Below, one piece after another: positions 31,580 through 41,222 of a DNA stretch of 52,536 nt. Positions within the stretch are counted from its first letter, which is position 1; each line of letters begins with the position of its first letter. A program made the position numbers and the translations under genes. The stretch lies in sequence record DRR723986_1364; one strand, 5' to 3'. The notes beneath the pieces are model-generated. The model ran no database searches, was not told the origin of the DNA, and was given only the letters and a program-made list of their open reading frames with translations.

Positions 31580-33430
31580 ATGTGTGGAATCTACGGAACG
31601 ACAATAATTTATAATGAGCAACAAGTAAAGAATAAACTTTCTCGTACTGCATTTAGAGGTCCTGACCAAATGGGATGGGACTTTTATAAAACAGACCACT
31701 ACTCCATTGCTTTTGGACACAATAGGTTATCTATTATAGATTTAGACTCAAGATCTAATCAGCCCTTTTCATATCAAGACACAGTAAAAATTGTCTTTAA
31801 TGGCGAAATCTATAATTTTCAAGACATAAAAACAGGTTTATCGAAAAAAGGTTATTCATTCCAAACAACAAGTGATACCGAAGTAATTTGCGCAGCCTAT
31901 TTAGAATATGGTGAAGATTGTGTAAATCATCTTAACGGTATGTTCGCTTTTGTAATATTTGACAAAATAAAAGAACAATTTTTTGGAGCTAGAGATCGAT
32001 TAGGACAAAAACCATTTTACTACTATCATAACGGAAAAGATTTTGAATTTGCGAGTCAGATATCATCAATTCAATTGCATCATTCTAATCTATCAATTTC
32101 AAACGAAGCCATTTCGTATTATCTCACTTGGGGAGCTATACCAGAACCATTTTCAATATTTAATGAAATTAAAAAACTAGAACCTGGTAAATCATTTACC
32201 TATAGTCTTAATACAGGTGAGTTTAAATCTAAAACATATTGGAATATTGATTTTAAAGGTAAAAACAAATATCAAGGTAGTTATGACGATGCCAAAGATG
32301 AACTAGAAGACCTTTTAACCGACGCTGTGAAACTTAGATTATTTGCAGATGTACCAGTTGGTGTATTCTTATCAGGAGGTGTAGATTCATCTGCCATTGC
32401 AGCAATGGCGACTCAAACCTCGTCAGCTAAAGTAAAAACGTTCTCTGTTAAGTTTGATGAAAAAGGTTTTGATGAAAGCATCTATGCGCAGCAAGTAGCT
32501 GACCATCTAAAAACAGATCATAACGTTATTCAATGTAATTACAAAGAAGGTATTGATCTGATTGAGAGCTTTTCTCAGTATTATGACGAACCATTTGCAG
32601 ATTCATCTGCAATACCTTCAATGCTGTTAGCAAAATACACCAAAAAACAAGTAACTGTTGCACTTTCTGGTGACGCTGGTGATGAGAGTTTTATCGGTTA
32701 TGGACGATATCAGTGGGCCAAAAGTAGAAGCAACTTATTTAAAGCACCCTTAGCTTTAAGAAAAATGGCTGCAAGTGCTTTTGACCTAAGTTCAAATTAT
32801 CGAGCCAATGTCATTGCAAAAGGTCTTAGAATAAAAGATGTTAGTTCTGCATATTTAGCCGCTCTTAATGGTGTAGACCAATCGTGGCTTGATACAGACA
32901 GAGATTACAATTTGGTTGATGAAATGATATATTTAGAGCACAACCATAAGAATCTTTTTGAACGAATTAGTGATTTTGATATTAAAACATATTTAAATTG
33001 GGATATAAATACTAAAGTTGATAGAGCTTCTATGGCTTTTTCATTAGAAGTCCGTGCTCCTTTAATGGATTATAGGATTGTAGATTTTGCTCGTTCTCTC
33101 CCAACATCTTTTAAATATAAAGGCAATAATCAAAAACGAATATTAAAAGATGTGCTATACAAACACGTACCTGAGCACATTTTCGATAGACCTAAAGCTG
33201 GATTTACCATGCCATTTGAATATTGGTTTAGGCATGATTTAAAGGATTATGTCCTCTCTGAGTTAAGTGATGAAGGTTTACAGAAGATACCATGTATTAA
33301 TGTAAATGAAGTTAAGTTTAGAATAAACCAACATATGGATGGTAGCTGGAATCGTTATCCACTAATATGGAAATTACTAGTTCTAAAACAATGGCTTAAC
33401 GTTAATGCTAAAGGATTACAAATAAAATAA
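31580..33430 (+). CDS. asnB: AsnB-type glutamine amidotransferase 1
   Basis: MCGI Ntn cysteine; RGPD, HNRLSIID, FNGEIYN, LSGGVDSS and DEPFAD motifs. Confidence 0.9.
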   Translation: MCGIYGTTIIYNEQQVKNKLSRTAFRGPDQMGWDFYKTDHYSIAFGHNRLSIIDLDSRSNQPFSYQDTVKIVFNGEIYNFQDIKTGLSKKGYSFQTTSDTEVICAAYLEYGEDCVNHLNGMFAFVIFDKIKEQFFGARDRLGQKPFYYYHNGKDFEFASQISSIQLHHSNLSISNEAISYYLTWGAIPEPFSIFNEIKKLEPGKSFTYSLNTGEFKSKTYWNIDFKGKNKYQGSYDDAKDELEDLLTDAVKLRLFADVPVGVFLSGGVDSSAIAAMATQTSSAKVKTFSVKFDEKGFDESIYAQQVADHLKTDHNVIQCNYKEGIDLIESFSQYYDEPFADSSAIPSMLLAKYTKKQVTVALSGDAGDESFIGYGRYQWAKSRSNLFKAPLALRKMAASAFDLSSNYRANVIAKGLRIKDVSSAYLAALNGVDQSWLDTDRDYNLVDEMIYLEHNHKNLFERISDFDIKTYLNWDINTKVDRASMAFSLEVRAPLMDYRIVDFARSLPTSFKYKGNNQKRILKDVLYKHVPEHIFDRPKAGFTMPFEYWFRHDLKDYVLSELSDEGLQKIPCINVNEVKFRINQHMDGSWNRYPLIWKLLVLKQWLNVNAKGLQIK

Positions 33431-33434
33431 CACT

Positions 33435-35282
33435 ATGTGCGGAATTTACGGAAGTACACTAAAATATAATGAGTCGCAAGTTAAAAATAAGCTTGCACGC
33501 ACTGCTTTTAGAGGTCCTGATCAAATGGGTTGGGAGTTTTATAAAACAGATAATTATTCAATAATTTTTGGTCATAACAGATTATCCATTATTGATTTAG
33601 ATGCTAGATCTAATCAACCATTTTCTTATTTAGATTCTATAGAAATTGTTTTCAATGGCGAAATCTATAATTTTCAAGAGATTAAAGATACGCTTCATAA
33701 AAAAGGATACACTTTTAAAACGACTAGTGATACAGAAGTTATTTGTGCAGCCTATTTAGAATATGGTGAAGATTGCGTGAATCATTTTAATGGCATGTTT
33801 GCCTTTGTGATTTTTGACAAGAAAACAAATACATTTTTTGGCGCCAGAGATCGATTAGGTCAAAAACCATTTTACTACTATCACAATGGTAAAGATTTTG
33901 AATTTGCAAGCCAGATATCGTCAATTCAGTTATACAATGAAAACTTAAGCATTTCAAAGAATTCCATAGATGCATATTTGACATGGGAAACTATACCGGA
34001 TCCACTATCGATTTTTAATGAAGTAAAAAAATTACTTCCAGGGAATTCATTTGTTTTCGATTTAAAGACGGGAAAGCTAGAAACTAAGGTGTATTGGGAT
34101 GTTGATTATGAAGGGAAAAATAAATTTACCGGTAGTTACCTAGAAGCACAAGAAGAATTAGCTACCACACTTACAGATGCCGTTAAACTAAGGCTTTTCG
34201 CCGATGTACCTGTTGGTGTGTTTTTATCTGGCGGAATTGACTCTTCATTAATTGCTTCGCTAGCAACTAAATCTACTGAGAACGTAAAAACATTTTCTGT
34301 TAAATTCAATGATAAAGGATTTGACGAAAGTGTATATGCTCAACAAGTAGCAGACCATTTAGGTACTGATCATAACGTTATTGAATGTAATTATAACGAA
34401 GGTATTGACTTAATTGAAAATTTTAGTCATTATTATGATGAGCCTTTCGCAGATTCTTCTGCAATTCCATCAATGTTATTAGCAAAGTATACCAGAAAAC
34501 AAGTTACTGTAGCATTATCGGGTGATGCAGGTGATGAGAGTTTTATTGGTTACCATAGATATAATTGGATAAAGAAAGGATCTAAAATTCTTAAAATACC
34601 ATATGGCCTCAGACTCGTGATTTCAAAATTGATATCTATAGCACCACATTACAGGCTTAAAATTATTTCAGAAATAATGAAGTCTAAAAATATAGGCCAA
34701 GCCTATATTGATGCTATAACTGGACATGATTTGTCTTGGATTAGTTCTGGCTCTGATTTTAAAAACACTGAAGAATTAAAGTACTTAATACATAATAATA
34801 AAAATTTACTAGAGCGTGTTTCTGATTACGATATTAAAACCTATTTAAACTGGGATATTAATACCAAAGTAGATAGAGCAACTATGGCGTATTCGTTAGA
34901 AGCGCGAGCACCGCTTATGGATTACCGAGTTGTAGAATTAGCAAGGTCTTTCCCAACTGAATTCAAATATAAAAACGGAAATCAAAAGCGAATTTTAAAA
35001 GATGTACTGTATAAACATGTACCAAAAGAGATTTTCGACAGGCCTAAAGCTGGTTTTACGATGCCATTTGAAAAGTGGTTTAGAGAGGATTTAAAAGATT
35101 TTGTCTTATCAGAATTAAATGAAGACGGTCTAAAACAAATACCAGGCATTGATGTTAAAAACGTTCAAGGAAAAATTGATCAGCACATTAAAGGCACATG
35201 GAATCACTATCCATTAATCTGGAAATTACTAGTGCTAAAACAATGGTTAAACAAAAACAGTGAAGGGCATGTCATCAAATAA
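33435..35282 (+). CDS. asnB: AsnB-type glutamine amidotransferase 2 (tandem paralog of 1)
   Basis: Same motifs; long stretches identical to 31580-33430. Confidence 0.9.
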   Translation: MCGIYGSTLKYNESQVKNKLARTAFRGPDQMGWEFYKTDNYSIIFGHNRLSIIDLDARSNQPFSYLDSIEIVFNGEIYNFQEIKDTLHKKGYTFKTTSDTEVICAAYLEYGEDCVNHFNGMFAFVIFDKKTNTFFGARDRLGQKPFYYYHNGKDFEFASQISSIQLYNENLSISKNSIDAYLTWETIPDPLSIFNEVKKLLPGNSFVFDLKTGKLETKVYWDVDYEGKNKFTGSYLEAQEELATTLTDAVKLRLFADVPVGVFLSGGIDSSLIASLATKSTENVKTFSVKFNDKGFDESVYAQQVADHLGTDHNVIECNYNEGIDLIENFSHYYDEPFADSSAIPSMLLAKYTRKQVTVALSGDAGDESFIGYHRYNWIKKGSKILKIPYGLRLVISKLISIAPHYRLKIISEIMKSKNIGQAYIDAITGHDLSWISSGSDFKNTEELKYLIHNNKNLLERVSDYDIKTYLNWDINTKVDRATMAYSLEARAPLMDYRVVELARSFPTEFKYKNGNQKRILKDVLYKHVPKEIFDRPKAGFTMPFEKWFREDLKDFVLSELNEDGLKQIPGIDVKNVQGKIDQHIKGTWNHYPLIWKLLVLKQWLNKNSEGHVIK

Positions 35283-36348
35283 AGTAAATATAACATTTGC
35301 ACTTCCTAATCTGTTACCTGGTGGCGCTGAAAGGGTGATTTCATTTATTGCTCAAAATATAGATTCTGAGAAATTTAATTCTACGCTATTAATTGTAGGT
35401 CATAAAAGTGATGCGTCTTACGATATTGATAATATCAATATTGTGTATTTAGAGCAGCCTAGAGTATTAAATGGTATTATCCCTTTATACAAATACATCA
35501 AAAGAGAAAAACCAGATATTGTAGTTAGTGCTATAGGTCATCTTAATACAGTAACAGCATACATGTCTTTATTTTTTCCAAAGACTAAATTTATCGCCAG
35601 AGAAGTAAACGTACTAAGTGTTTTAGAAACGTTTGACCAACCAAATAGGTTAAACCCTATTCATTATCTAGGTGACAAACGATTTAATTTTTTTGACAAG
35701 GTAATTTGTCAATCTCAAGACATGCTTGATGATTTACAAAAATCATTTTCTATAAAAGAAGAGAAGTTAGTTTTAATAAATAATCCGGTAACTAATAATT
35801 TCAAAGTCAAGGAAAGGACTGAAGTTAATACGCCAATTCGATTTATTACAGTTGCCAGATTTGATAAAGAAAAGGGACATCCTAGAATTTTAAAAGCCTT
35901 ATCTCAACTAGATTTTTCCTTTCATTATACCATTATTGGAAAAGGCGCACAAGAAAAAGTTATTTTCGATTTAATACAAGATTATGGCTTAACAGATAAG
36001 ATAACTCATATACCATTTACAAAAGAAGTTCCACGACTTTTAGCTGAAAGTGATTTATACTTACAAGGCTCTTATGTAGAAGGTTTTCCAAACGCTGTTA
36101 TTGAAAGCTGCATGGTTGGCACTCCTGTACTCGCTATAGATGCACCTGGTGGTATTAATGAAATTATATATGATGGCATTAATGGTCACATTGTAGAAGA
36201 TGAAGTCGCATTTACAGATTTCATAAAAAAAATAAATAAGGATTATAAGTTTAAACCAAAGGATGTCAGTGAAACTATAAGTAGTCGTTATAGTTCAGAT
36301 ATAATATTAAAAAAGTACGAAGACTTGTTTCTAAGTCTTGTTAATTAA
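35269..36348 (+). CDS. GT4 glycosyltransferase (PglJ/WabH-like)
   Basis: GGAERV and EGFPNAVIES motifs; ATG 35269 preferred over GTG 35260. Confidence 0.88.
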   Translation: MSSNKVNITFALPNLLPGGAERVISFIAQNIDSEKFNSTLLIVGHKSDASYDIDNINIVYLEQPRVLNGIIPLYKYIKREKPDIVVSAIGHLNTVTAYMSLFFPKTKFIAREVNVLSVLETFDQPNRLNPIHYLGDKRFNFFDKVICQSQDMLDDLQKSFSIKEEKLVLINNPVTNNFKVKERTEVNTPIRFITVARFDKEKGHPRILKALSQLDFSFHYTIIGKGAQEKVIFDLIQDYGLTDKITHIPFTKEVPRLLAESDLYLQGSYVEGFPNAVIESCMVGTPVLAIDAPGGINEIIYDGINGHIVEDEVAFTDFIKKINKDYKFKPKDVSETISSRYSSDIILKKYEDLFLSLVN

Positions 36349-36349
36349 A

Positions 36350-37504
36350 ATGACAGTTAAGAAAAATTTAAGCATATTGTCTCTAAACATGGCCTTTGGC
36401 GGTGCACAACGTGTTATAAGCATTCTTTTGCCTCATCTTGTGAAAGACTACAATGTATCATTAGTACTTTTCAAGGAAATCATTGATTTTGATTTACCAG
36501 ATGGAATTCATGTAGAGATATTGTTCCCTGAAAATAATCAAAAAAATACCTTCTTCACCAAAATTAAGGAGACGCTTTCAGCGTCAAATAAATATAATAA
36601 GTTCATACGAGAAAATGACATTAATATTTCTCTGGCATTTCTGGCATTACCTAACATTGTCAACGGCATAGTTGGTAATAAAAATAAAGGTTTAAGAACG
36701 GTAATTAGTGAAAGATGCTTTCCTTCTCTTATGTACAAGGCTAATAAATCCTCTCAGTTTATATCAAATTTTGTTATACCAAAGTATTACAATAAAAATG
36801 ATGCCTTATTTTCTAATTCAATTAATATCAATAAAGATTTAGAAGATAACTTTAATGTTAAGATTCCAATGTCAGTTATCTATAACCCTATTGGCATAGA
36901 CAAACAAAGAAGACTCTCACCAGATTCAATAAAGGATAAACAAAGACTTAATTTCATTAGTGTTGGTAGTATATATGAGGCAAAAAATCAACCTATGATT
37001 GTGAGAGCTTTATCACATCTTAAAAAAGGTGAATATCATTATACTCAAGCTGGTGCTGGAGCACGAGAAAAAGATTTGAAAGAATTAACAGGTAAATTGA
37101 GATTAACTGATCAAACCACCTTTTTAGGAAACATTACAAACGTAAAAGATTTTTTATTAAAGAGTGATTGTTTTGTGTTGTCTTCTAATACAGAAGGCTT
37201 TCCAAATGTTGTATTAGAAGCTTTATCTGTTGGTTTACCAGTAATCTCAACAAACTGTATGACAGGACCTCTAGAATTATTAAATGATAATGAACCTGTA
37301 GATATTAAAGATGGAGATTTTGCCAAATGTAAATACGGCCTATTAGTTAATGTCAACGATGACAAAGGGTTAGCTAAGGCTTTATTGTATTTTAAAACTA
37401 ATACTGAAGCAAGACAACACTATTGCAAAGTAGGTTTTGAAAGAGCAAAACAGAATGATATACCTAATATTTATGTCCTAGTTAAAAATCTATTAAACGG
37501 CTAA
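36350..37504 (+). CDS. GT4 glycosyltransferase (PglJ-like)
   Basis: GGAQRV, VISER, IYNP, EGFPNVVLEAL and GPLELL motifs; ATG 36350 preferred over TTG 36338. Confidence 0.88.
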   Translation: MTVKKNLSILSLNMAFGGAQRVISILLPHLVKDYNVSLVLFKEIIDFDLPDGIHVEILFPENNQKNTFFTKIKETLSASNKYNKFIRENDINISLAFLALPNIVNGIVGNKNKGLRTVISERCFPSLMYKANKSSQFISNFVIPKYYNKNDALFSNSININKDLEDNFNVKIPMSVIYNPIGIDKQRRLSPDSIKDKQRLNFISVGSIYEAKNQPMIVRALSHLKKGEYHYTQAGAGAREKDLKELTGKLRLTDQTTFLGNITNVKDFLLKSDCFVLSSNTEGFPNVVLEALSVGLPVISTNCMTGPLELLNDNEPVDIKDGDFAKCKYGLLVNVNDDKGLAKALLYFKTNTEARQHYCKVGFERAKQNDIPNIYVLVKNLLNG

Positions 37505-37508
37505 TTAC

Positions 37509-39410
37509 ATGTGCGGAATTAACGGAATAATAAACACCTCTAAAAAGAGTGAAGATCAACTTCGAAAAGATCTGGCTGAAATGAATCAGGTCATCTTTCA
37601 TCGTGGCCCTGACGAAGATGGCTTTTACTCGGCGACGTCAGAATCTGCTACAGTTGCAATGGCCATGCGCCGTTTATCCATAATAGATTTAAGTACAGGA
37701 AAACAACCAATGTATAGTAATGACAATTCTATTGGTATTGTGTTTAATGGCGAAATTTATAATTACAGAATTATAAAGGCTAAACTTGAAAGTGAAGCAG
37801 TAACATTTAAAACAACGAGTGATACAGAAGTTATTCTAAAATTATATGAACAAAAAGGAATTGAGGCATTTAAAGAATTAGACGGCATGTTTGCCTTTAG
37901 TATTCACGATAAAAATAAAAATAAGGTTTATATAGCTCGTGATTTCTTTGGTGAAAAGCCTTTGTATTATACCAAAACAAAGACTGATTTCATTTATGGA
38001 TCTGAGTTAAAATCTATTGTAAATTATCTTCCAAACAAACCAGATATTAGCAAAGAAGGGTTAAACCTTTACTTTAGGTTAACTTATATACCTTCGCCAT
38101 ATTCAATATATGAAGATATTTTAAAACTACCTTGTAATCATTACATTGATTTTGATTTGACAACTGATTCTATTTCTATTCATGAAATTGAAAAACAACA
38201 ACCAATAACTAAACAAGATATTTCATTTGAAGATGCAAAAAAGCAAGTTCATGATGAGGTGATAAAAAGTGTAGAAAGCAGATCTATCGCAGATGTTTCT
38301 TTAGGCACATTTTTATCTGGTGGTGTTGATTCATCAGTTGTCACTCATAGTTTAGCTGAAATTTCTAGTGAGAAAGTAGAAACATTTTCAATAGGATTTG
38401 AAAAGAAAACATATGATGAAACAGATAAATCGCAAGTAGTAGCTAAACTTATAAATAGTAATCATCATGAGTTTATTGTTAGGGAAGAAGATTTTAGACA
38501 TAGTGTAGATGATATATTACTCAATTTTGATGAACCATTTGCAGATTCATCTGCCCTACCAACCTATTTAGTATCAAAACATGCTAGTGATTATGTAAAG
38601 GTAGCACTGACTGGTGATGGTGGCGACGAAGTATTTGGAGGATACAACAAATACTATATGGGAAAACTTAATAACAAGTATACTTCCATTGTGCCTAGAG
38701 GCCTTCATAAACAAATATTAAAATTGTCTACAGGTTTATTAAACACTAAGGATGATAATAGAGGGAAGCGATTTAAACTTAATCGATTACTCAAAGCGTT
38801 TAATTACGACGGTAACCAATACTGGAATATAATTTCGTTAGCATTTACAGATCTGGAAAAATCTCAGCTGCTAAGAGACAGCAGCCTTATTGAAGACACT
38901 TTTGCCGAATTTAAAACTAGGTACAATCAACACAACCCTAAAAATCTTACTGATTTTAGAATGGTTGACAAAAATGTGAGTTTAGAGGGAGATATGCTAG
39001 TAAAGGTAGATAGAACAAGTATGTTATGCTCGTTAGAATGTAGAGCTCCTTTCTTAAATAAAGTAATTTGGAATTTAACTAATTCATTACCAGAGGATTA
39101 TTTACTTAAAGGTTGGAATAAAAAACACATTTTAAAAGAAGCATTTAAAGATAAATTTCCTCCTGGTTTCTTAGAAAAGTCTAAGCAAGGATTTGGAGTA
39201 CCTGTTGGTGATTGGTTAAGAGCAAGTCTTAAACCAGAATTAGAGTCTTTTATTGATCCAAAATTTTTAGAGACCCAAGGTATATTCAACCAAGACTATA
39301 TTATTAATTTGGTAAAAAATCATATTTCAGGAAAAGAAGATAACAGTCTAAGAGTATGGAGTTTTTATGCGTTTCAAAAGTGGTACCTAAACACCTATTC
39401 AATGTTGTAA
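37509..39410 (+). CDS. asnB: AsnB-type glutamine amidotransferase 3 (divergent)
   Basis: MCGING, HRGPD, RRLSIID, LSGGVDSS, TGDGGDEVFGGY and KVDRTSM motifs. Confidence 0.9.
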   Translation: MCGINGIINTSKKSEDQLRKDLAEMNQVIFHRGPDEDGFYSATSESATVAMAMRRLSIIDLSTGKQPMYSNDNSIGIVFNGEIYNYRIIKAKLESEAVTFKTTSDTEVILKLYEQKGIEAFKELDGMFAFSIHDKNKNKVYIARDFFGEKPLYYTKTKTDFIYGSELKSIVNYLPNKPDISKEGLNLYFRLTYIPSPYSIYEDILKLPCNHYIDFDLTTDSISIHEIEKQQPITKQDISFEDAKKQVHDEVIKSVESRSIADVSLGTFLSGGVDSSVVTHSLAEISSEKVETFSIGFEKKTYDETDKSQVVAKLINSNHHEFIVREEDFRHSVDDILLNFDEPFADSSALPTYLVSKHASDYVKVALTGDGGDEVFGGYNKYYMGKLNNKYTSIVPRGLHKQILKLSTGLLNTKDDNRGKRFKLNRLLKAFNYDGNQYWNIISLAFTDLEKSQLLRDSSLIEDTFAEFKTRYNQHNPKNLTDFRMVDKNVSLEGDMLVKVDRTSMLCSLECRAPFLNKVIWNLTNSLPEDYLLKGWNKKHILKEAFKDKFPPGFLEKSKQGFGVPVGDWLRASLKPELESFIDPKFLETQGIFNQDYIINLVKNHISGKEDNSLRVWSFYAFQKWYLNTYSML

Positions 39411-39414
39411 TACT

Positions 39415-40566
39415 ATGAAAAAGAAAATTATACGTATTACAACAGTACCAGCATCCTTAGGTATCTTATTAAAAGGCCAGCTGAAGTATTTGAACGATCA
39501 TTACGAGGTTATAGGCGTTTCAAGCTCCGGATCTCAGCTTAAAGATGTGCAGCAAAACGAAGGTATTGATACACATGTTGTTGAAATGACGCGCACAATT
39601 TCACCTTTTAAAGATTTAATATCACTTTATAAACTCTATAAATTAATTAAGAAAGAAAAACCATTTATAGTTCATACACATACACCAAAAGCAGGCACTT
39701 TAGGTATGATAGCCGCACGACTTGCCAGAGTTCCAAATAGATTACATACAATTGCTGGATTACCTTTATTAGAAGCTACAGGAGCCAAACGAACATTGCT
39801 AAATGTAGTTGAAAAAATAACTTATGCTAATGCCACACTGATTCTTCCTAATTCTTTTGGGTTATTTGATATTGTAAAGGAACATAATTTCACCAAAGAA
39901 AATAAACTTAAAGTTATTAGCAAAGGAAGTTCTAATGGTATTGATACTGAACACTTTAAAAGGTCTAATATTTCTTTAAATTCTCAAAAGGAATTACGAC
40001 AAAATCTAAATATATCAGATAGTGATTTTGTATTTACTTTCGTCGGGAGATTAGTCACGGATAAGGGAATCAACGAATTAATTGATGCATTCAGCACAAT
40101 TAATAAAACAAATCAAAATATTAAGCTTTTATTAGTCGGTACATTAGAAACAGAATTAGATCCATTAGAGGAAAAAACATTGAATACTATTGAAACCAAC
40201 AAACATATAATTTCAGTAGGTTGGCAAACTGATGTCAGGCCTTATTTCGCTATTTCTGATGCGTTAGTTTTCCCTAGTTATAGAGAAGGGTTTCCTAATG
40301 TGGTGATGCAAGCTTGTGCTATGGAAATAGCCAGTATCGTAACTGATATTAATGGTTGTAATGAGATTATTGAACACGATAAAAACGGAATTATTATACA
40401 GCCTAAATCTACTAAAGACATTGTTGATGCCATGACATTTTTATTAAATAATCCAGATAAAACTGAAGCATATGCCAATGCTGCCAGATCTAATATTCTG
40501 GAAAATTATAAACGTGAAATAATTTGGAACGAACTTTTAAAACTATATAAATCCTTTGAGTCTTAA
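39415..40566 (+). CDS. GT4 glycosyltransferase (PglA/CapM-like)
   Basis: HTHTPKAG, VGRLVTDKGINEL and PSYREGFPNVVMQA motifs. Confidence 0.9.
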   Translation: MKKKIIRITTVPASLGILLKGQLKYLNDHYEVIGVSSSGSQLKDVQQNEGIDTHVVEMTRTISPFKDLISLYKLYKLIKKEKPFIVHTHTPKAGTLGMIAARLARVPNRLHTIAGLPLLEATGAKRTLLNVVEKITYANATLILPNSFGLFDIVKEHNFTKENKLKVISKGSSNGIDTEHFKRSNISLNSQKELRQNLNISDSDFVFTFVGRLVTDKGINELIDAFSTINKTNQNIKLLLVGTLETELDPLEEKTLNTIETNKHIISVGWQTDVRPYFAISDALVFPSYREGFPNVVMQACAMEIASIVTDINGCNEIIEHDKNGIIIQPKSTKDIVDAMTFLLNNPDKTEAYANAARSNILENYKREIIWNELLKLYKSFES

Positions 40567-40569
40567 GTT

Positions 40570-41190
40570 ATGTTGTATTCAAAATTTTTTAAACGACTCT
40601 TTGATTTTTCTGCCGCACTGATTGGCTTAATATTAATTTCACCAGTATTTATAGTATTGGCAATTATACTTGGTATTTCAAATAATGGTAAACCATTTTT
40701 CTATCAGACTAGAACTGGTAAATATGGTAAACTATTCACCATTATAAAGTTTAAAACTATGAATGATAAGACTGATGAAAATGGCAATTTATTACCCGCT
40801 TTAGAACGTGTCACCAAAACAGGAGACTTTTGCAGAAAGTATTCATTAGATGAAATTCCACAATTATTAAACATACTTAAAGGTGATATGAGCTTGGTTG
40901 GTCCTCGCCCACTCATCCCACAATACTTAGAACATTATAACGATGAGCAAAACAGAAGACATGATGTTATGCAAGGTATTACAGGCTGGGCACAAATCAA
41001 TGGAAGAAATACCATTACTTGGGAAGAAAAATTTACATATGATGTTTATTATGTTGATAATCAGTCTTTTTTACTAGATTTAAAAATACTTTGGCTTACA
41101 TTTTATAAGGTGATTAAAAAGAGTGACATTAATAGCTCAGAGACGTTAGACATGCCGTTATTTACAGGCACAAAAGAAAACAACAATTAA
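40570..41190 (+). CDS. Priming undecaprenyl-phosphate sugar phosphotransferase (PglC-like)
   Basis: KRLFD, KFKTM, SLDEIPQL..L.GDMSLVGPRP and GITGWAQINGRN motifs. Confidence 0.92.
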   Translation: MLYSKFFKRLFDFSAALIGLILISPVFIVLAIILGISNNGKPFFYQTRTGKYGKLFTIIKFKTMNDKTDENGNLLPALERVTKTGDFCRKYSLDEIPQLLNILKGDMSLVGPRPLIPQYLEHYNDEQNRRHDVMQGITGWAQINGRNTITWEEKFTYDVYYVDNQSFLLDLKILWLTFYKVIKKSDINSSETLDMPLFTGTKENNN

Positions 41191-41222
41191 GCCTTCAATA
41201 AAATACTATCTATTTTCATAAT

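Noticed and set aside
31580-39410. AsnB-like genes as lasso-peptide cyclases for the 47-aa peptide
   Set aside because: All retain a full Ntn glutaminase with Cys2 and sit among glycosyltransferases; there is no B1/B2 protease or RRE gene, and the peptide has a Sec signal and lies 10 kb away.
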